Shown here: positions 55,287-56,454 of the stretch, piece by piece
Layout of the letters: every line of letters begins with the position of its first letter
How positions within the stretch are numbered: the stretch's first letter is position 1
Source of the DNA: a virus
Taxonomy: Duplodnaviria > Caudoviricetes
Strand: one strand, 5' to 3'
DNA: 56,454 nt
Virus record (IMG/VR): IMGVR_UViG_3300020477_000030
Span: 1-56,454 of that record
Program-made: the position numbers and the translations under genes
The notes under the pieces: model-generated
Told to the model about the DNA's origin: nothing
Database searches by the model: none
What the model saw: only the letters and a program-made list of their open reading frames with translations

Positions 55287-56454
55287 TTATCCTCCAATAT
55301 CTACTATCTCACATACACCTCCAGTACAGGCAAGCTCTTGTGAGCCGCTAGTTGTATCTCCCTTTTCATACTGTTGAAGCTCTGCCCAATTAATAATAGG
55401 AGGCATATCAGAGATCATATTAGTATAATGTACTTCATCTATATCCTGATAAGGCGCTTGCTTATAGGTGTGATCTGAGAAAGGTAAGAAAGAAATACCA
55501 GACAACGAATCAAAGTGATCCCAACACCAGGAGCCTACCTGAAACCATTCATGTTCTTTAACAGAAATTGTAACAGATGGTTTATGTTCACAGTAATTGT
55601 CAGCTATCTTTAGCCATAGCTCAAGCTGTTCAATTGCTGACATATCATTTCGACATACTGCATTGTCTGGACTCTTCATGGGAAAAGAAAATACAGTTAC
55701 ACTATCAGGTGCTGTAAAGTCTGGTTCAGAAGGAATACCCTTGTCTTTCATAAACATTGTCAAAGGGTCTTTGTTGTCTCCTCTGACTGTTCTAACAAAG
55801 AATGGATTATGTCTAGCATGTATACCAGATGCAGCATCAACTAACTGTGATACTGTACCTGAAGGTTTTACACAAGTAACAGCAGCACTTTGTTTGATGC
55901 CAATCTTCTCTGATAACTTCTTATTTGTTTTAACTGCTATATTACGAAGCTGTTGTAGAGCTTGAGGTGTTGCATTATAAACAGCAGGACAATCCATAAT
56001 GCCTGTTAAAGATACACCAAGAAGACGTTCTTCTTCTGTAGTATTTTTCCAACGCTTACGAATATAGCCAAAGTCAGTCAAGGTAGCCTGAAAAGTTCCA
56101 AGAATTGTTGCTAATCTAATTTTATTTTTCAAATCCTCCATTGTATCATCTGCTCTACATATAACTTCAGATAGATTACAGAACTGATAAGGTCTAAGAA
56201 TAATTTCACAACAAGGATTAGTTCCAAAGTCAATACTGCTATCTCGTCTACCGTTAGACTCTGCTTTATCTTGAGCAGATACTCGATTAAAGATACCTCG
56301 TTCTCCACTTTTACTTTCATATAGAGATAACCATTCTCTCATAAAGATACCCATGTCAGGTTTTTCTGTATAACAAACAGAGTTGTTAGCCAAAGCGCGT
56401 TGTTGATTATCTACCCACCACTCACCACTCTTTGCCATACGCATACGTTCATCA
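55287..56454 (-). CDS. nrdJ: class II adenosylcobalamin-dependent ribonucleotide reductase (5' part outside window)
   Basis: RALANNS, GTNPCCEI, QFCNLSE, TCVKPSGTVS, YKQAPY, C-terminal ACTGGVCE. Confidence 0.93.
   Translation of the reverse strand, partial: DERMRMAKSGEWWVDNQQRALANNSVCYTEKPDMGIFMREWLSLYESKSGERGIFNRVSAQDKAESNGRRDSSIDFGTNPCCEIILRPYQFCNLSEVICRADDTMEDLKNKIRLATILGTFQATLTDFGYIRKRWKNTTEEERLLGVSLTGIMDCPAVYNATPQALQQLRNIAVKTNKKLSEKIGIKQSAAVTCVKPSGTVSQLVDAASGIHARHNPFFVRTVRGDNKDPLTMFMKDKGIPSEPDFTAPDSVTVFSFPMKSPDNAVCRNDMSAIEQLELWLKIADNYCEHKPSVTISVKEHEWFQVGSWCWDHFDSLSGISFLPFSDHTYKQAPYQDIDEVHYTNMISDMPPIINWAELQQYEKGDTTSGSQELACTGGVCEIVDIGG

Noticed and set aside
1-56454. tRNA genes, integrase/att sites, introns/inteins, alternative genetic code
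   Set aside because: No cloverleaf or recombinase noticed by eye; PolA, TerL and helicase are of uninterrupted size; standard-code ORFs tile the genome

Overview
This window is a large, probably near-complete, circularly permuted genome of an AT-rich tailed phage with podovirus-like architecture. The host is probably a marine proteobacterium (inference from gene content and the ROSE/IHF-type signals). A minus-strand early/replication arm runs 12.6 kb -> 1 and probably continues 56.4 -> 48.1 kb. It carries small early genes, DUF932, ParB-like, Gp88-like, SleB hydrolase, T7-like primase-helicase, Tyr762 DNA polymerase A, endonuclease, SSB, class II B12 RNR, ThyX, Hsp20, a glycosyltransferase/methyltransferase/Maf-like cluster, holin, cupin and TerS. 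A plus-strand morphogenesis arm (13.4-48.1 kb) carries TerL, an HExxH protein, portal, GroES, scaffold, capsid, adaptors, fibres, ejection proteins and an M15 endolysin. No RNA polymerase, integrase, tRNA or CRISPR was seen, and the recognisable promoters are near-consensus sigma70 type. Best leads: (1) unrelated basic proteins sharing a K/R-x-GG-x-V motif and an -SLYD C-terminal tag encoded by repeated gene-junction cassettes, with a candidate zinc protease; (2) a Maf-like glycosylation cluster plus Ser/Thr/Ala motifs in virion proteins; (3) a 195-nt multi-hairpin RNA after the capsid gene; (4) a 28-bp inverted repeat framing the first early gene; (5) a ROSE-like thermometer on hsp20; (6) an unannotated metallothionein-like micro-ORF. 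All family calls come from motif recognition by eye, not database searches.
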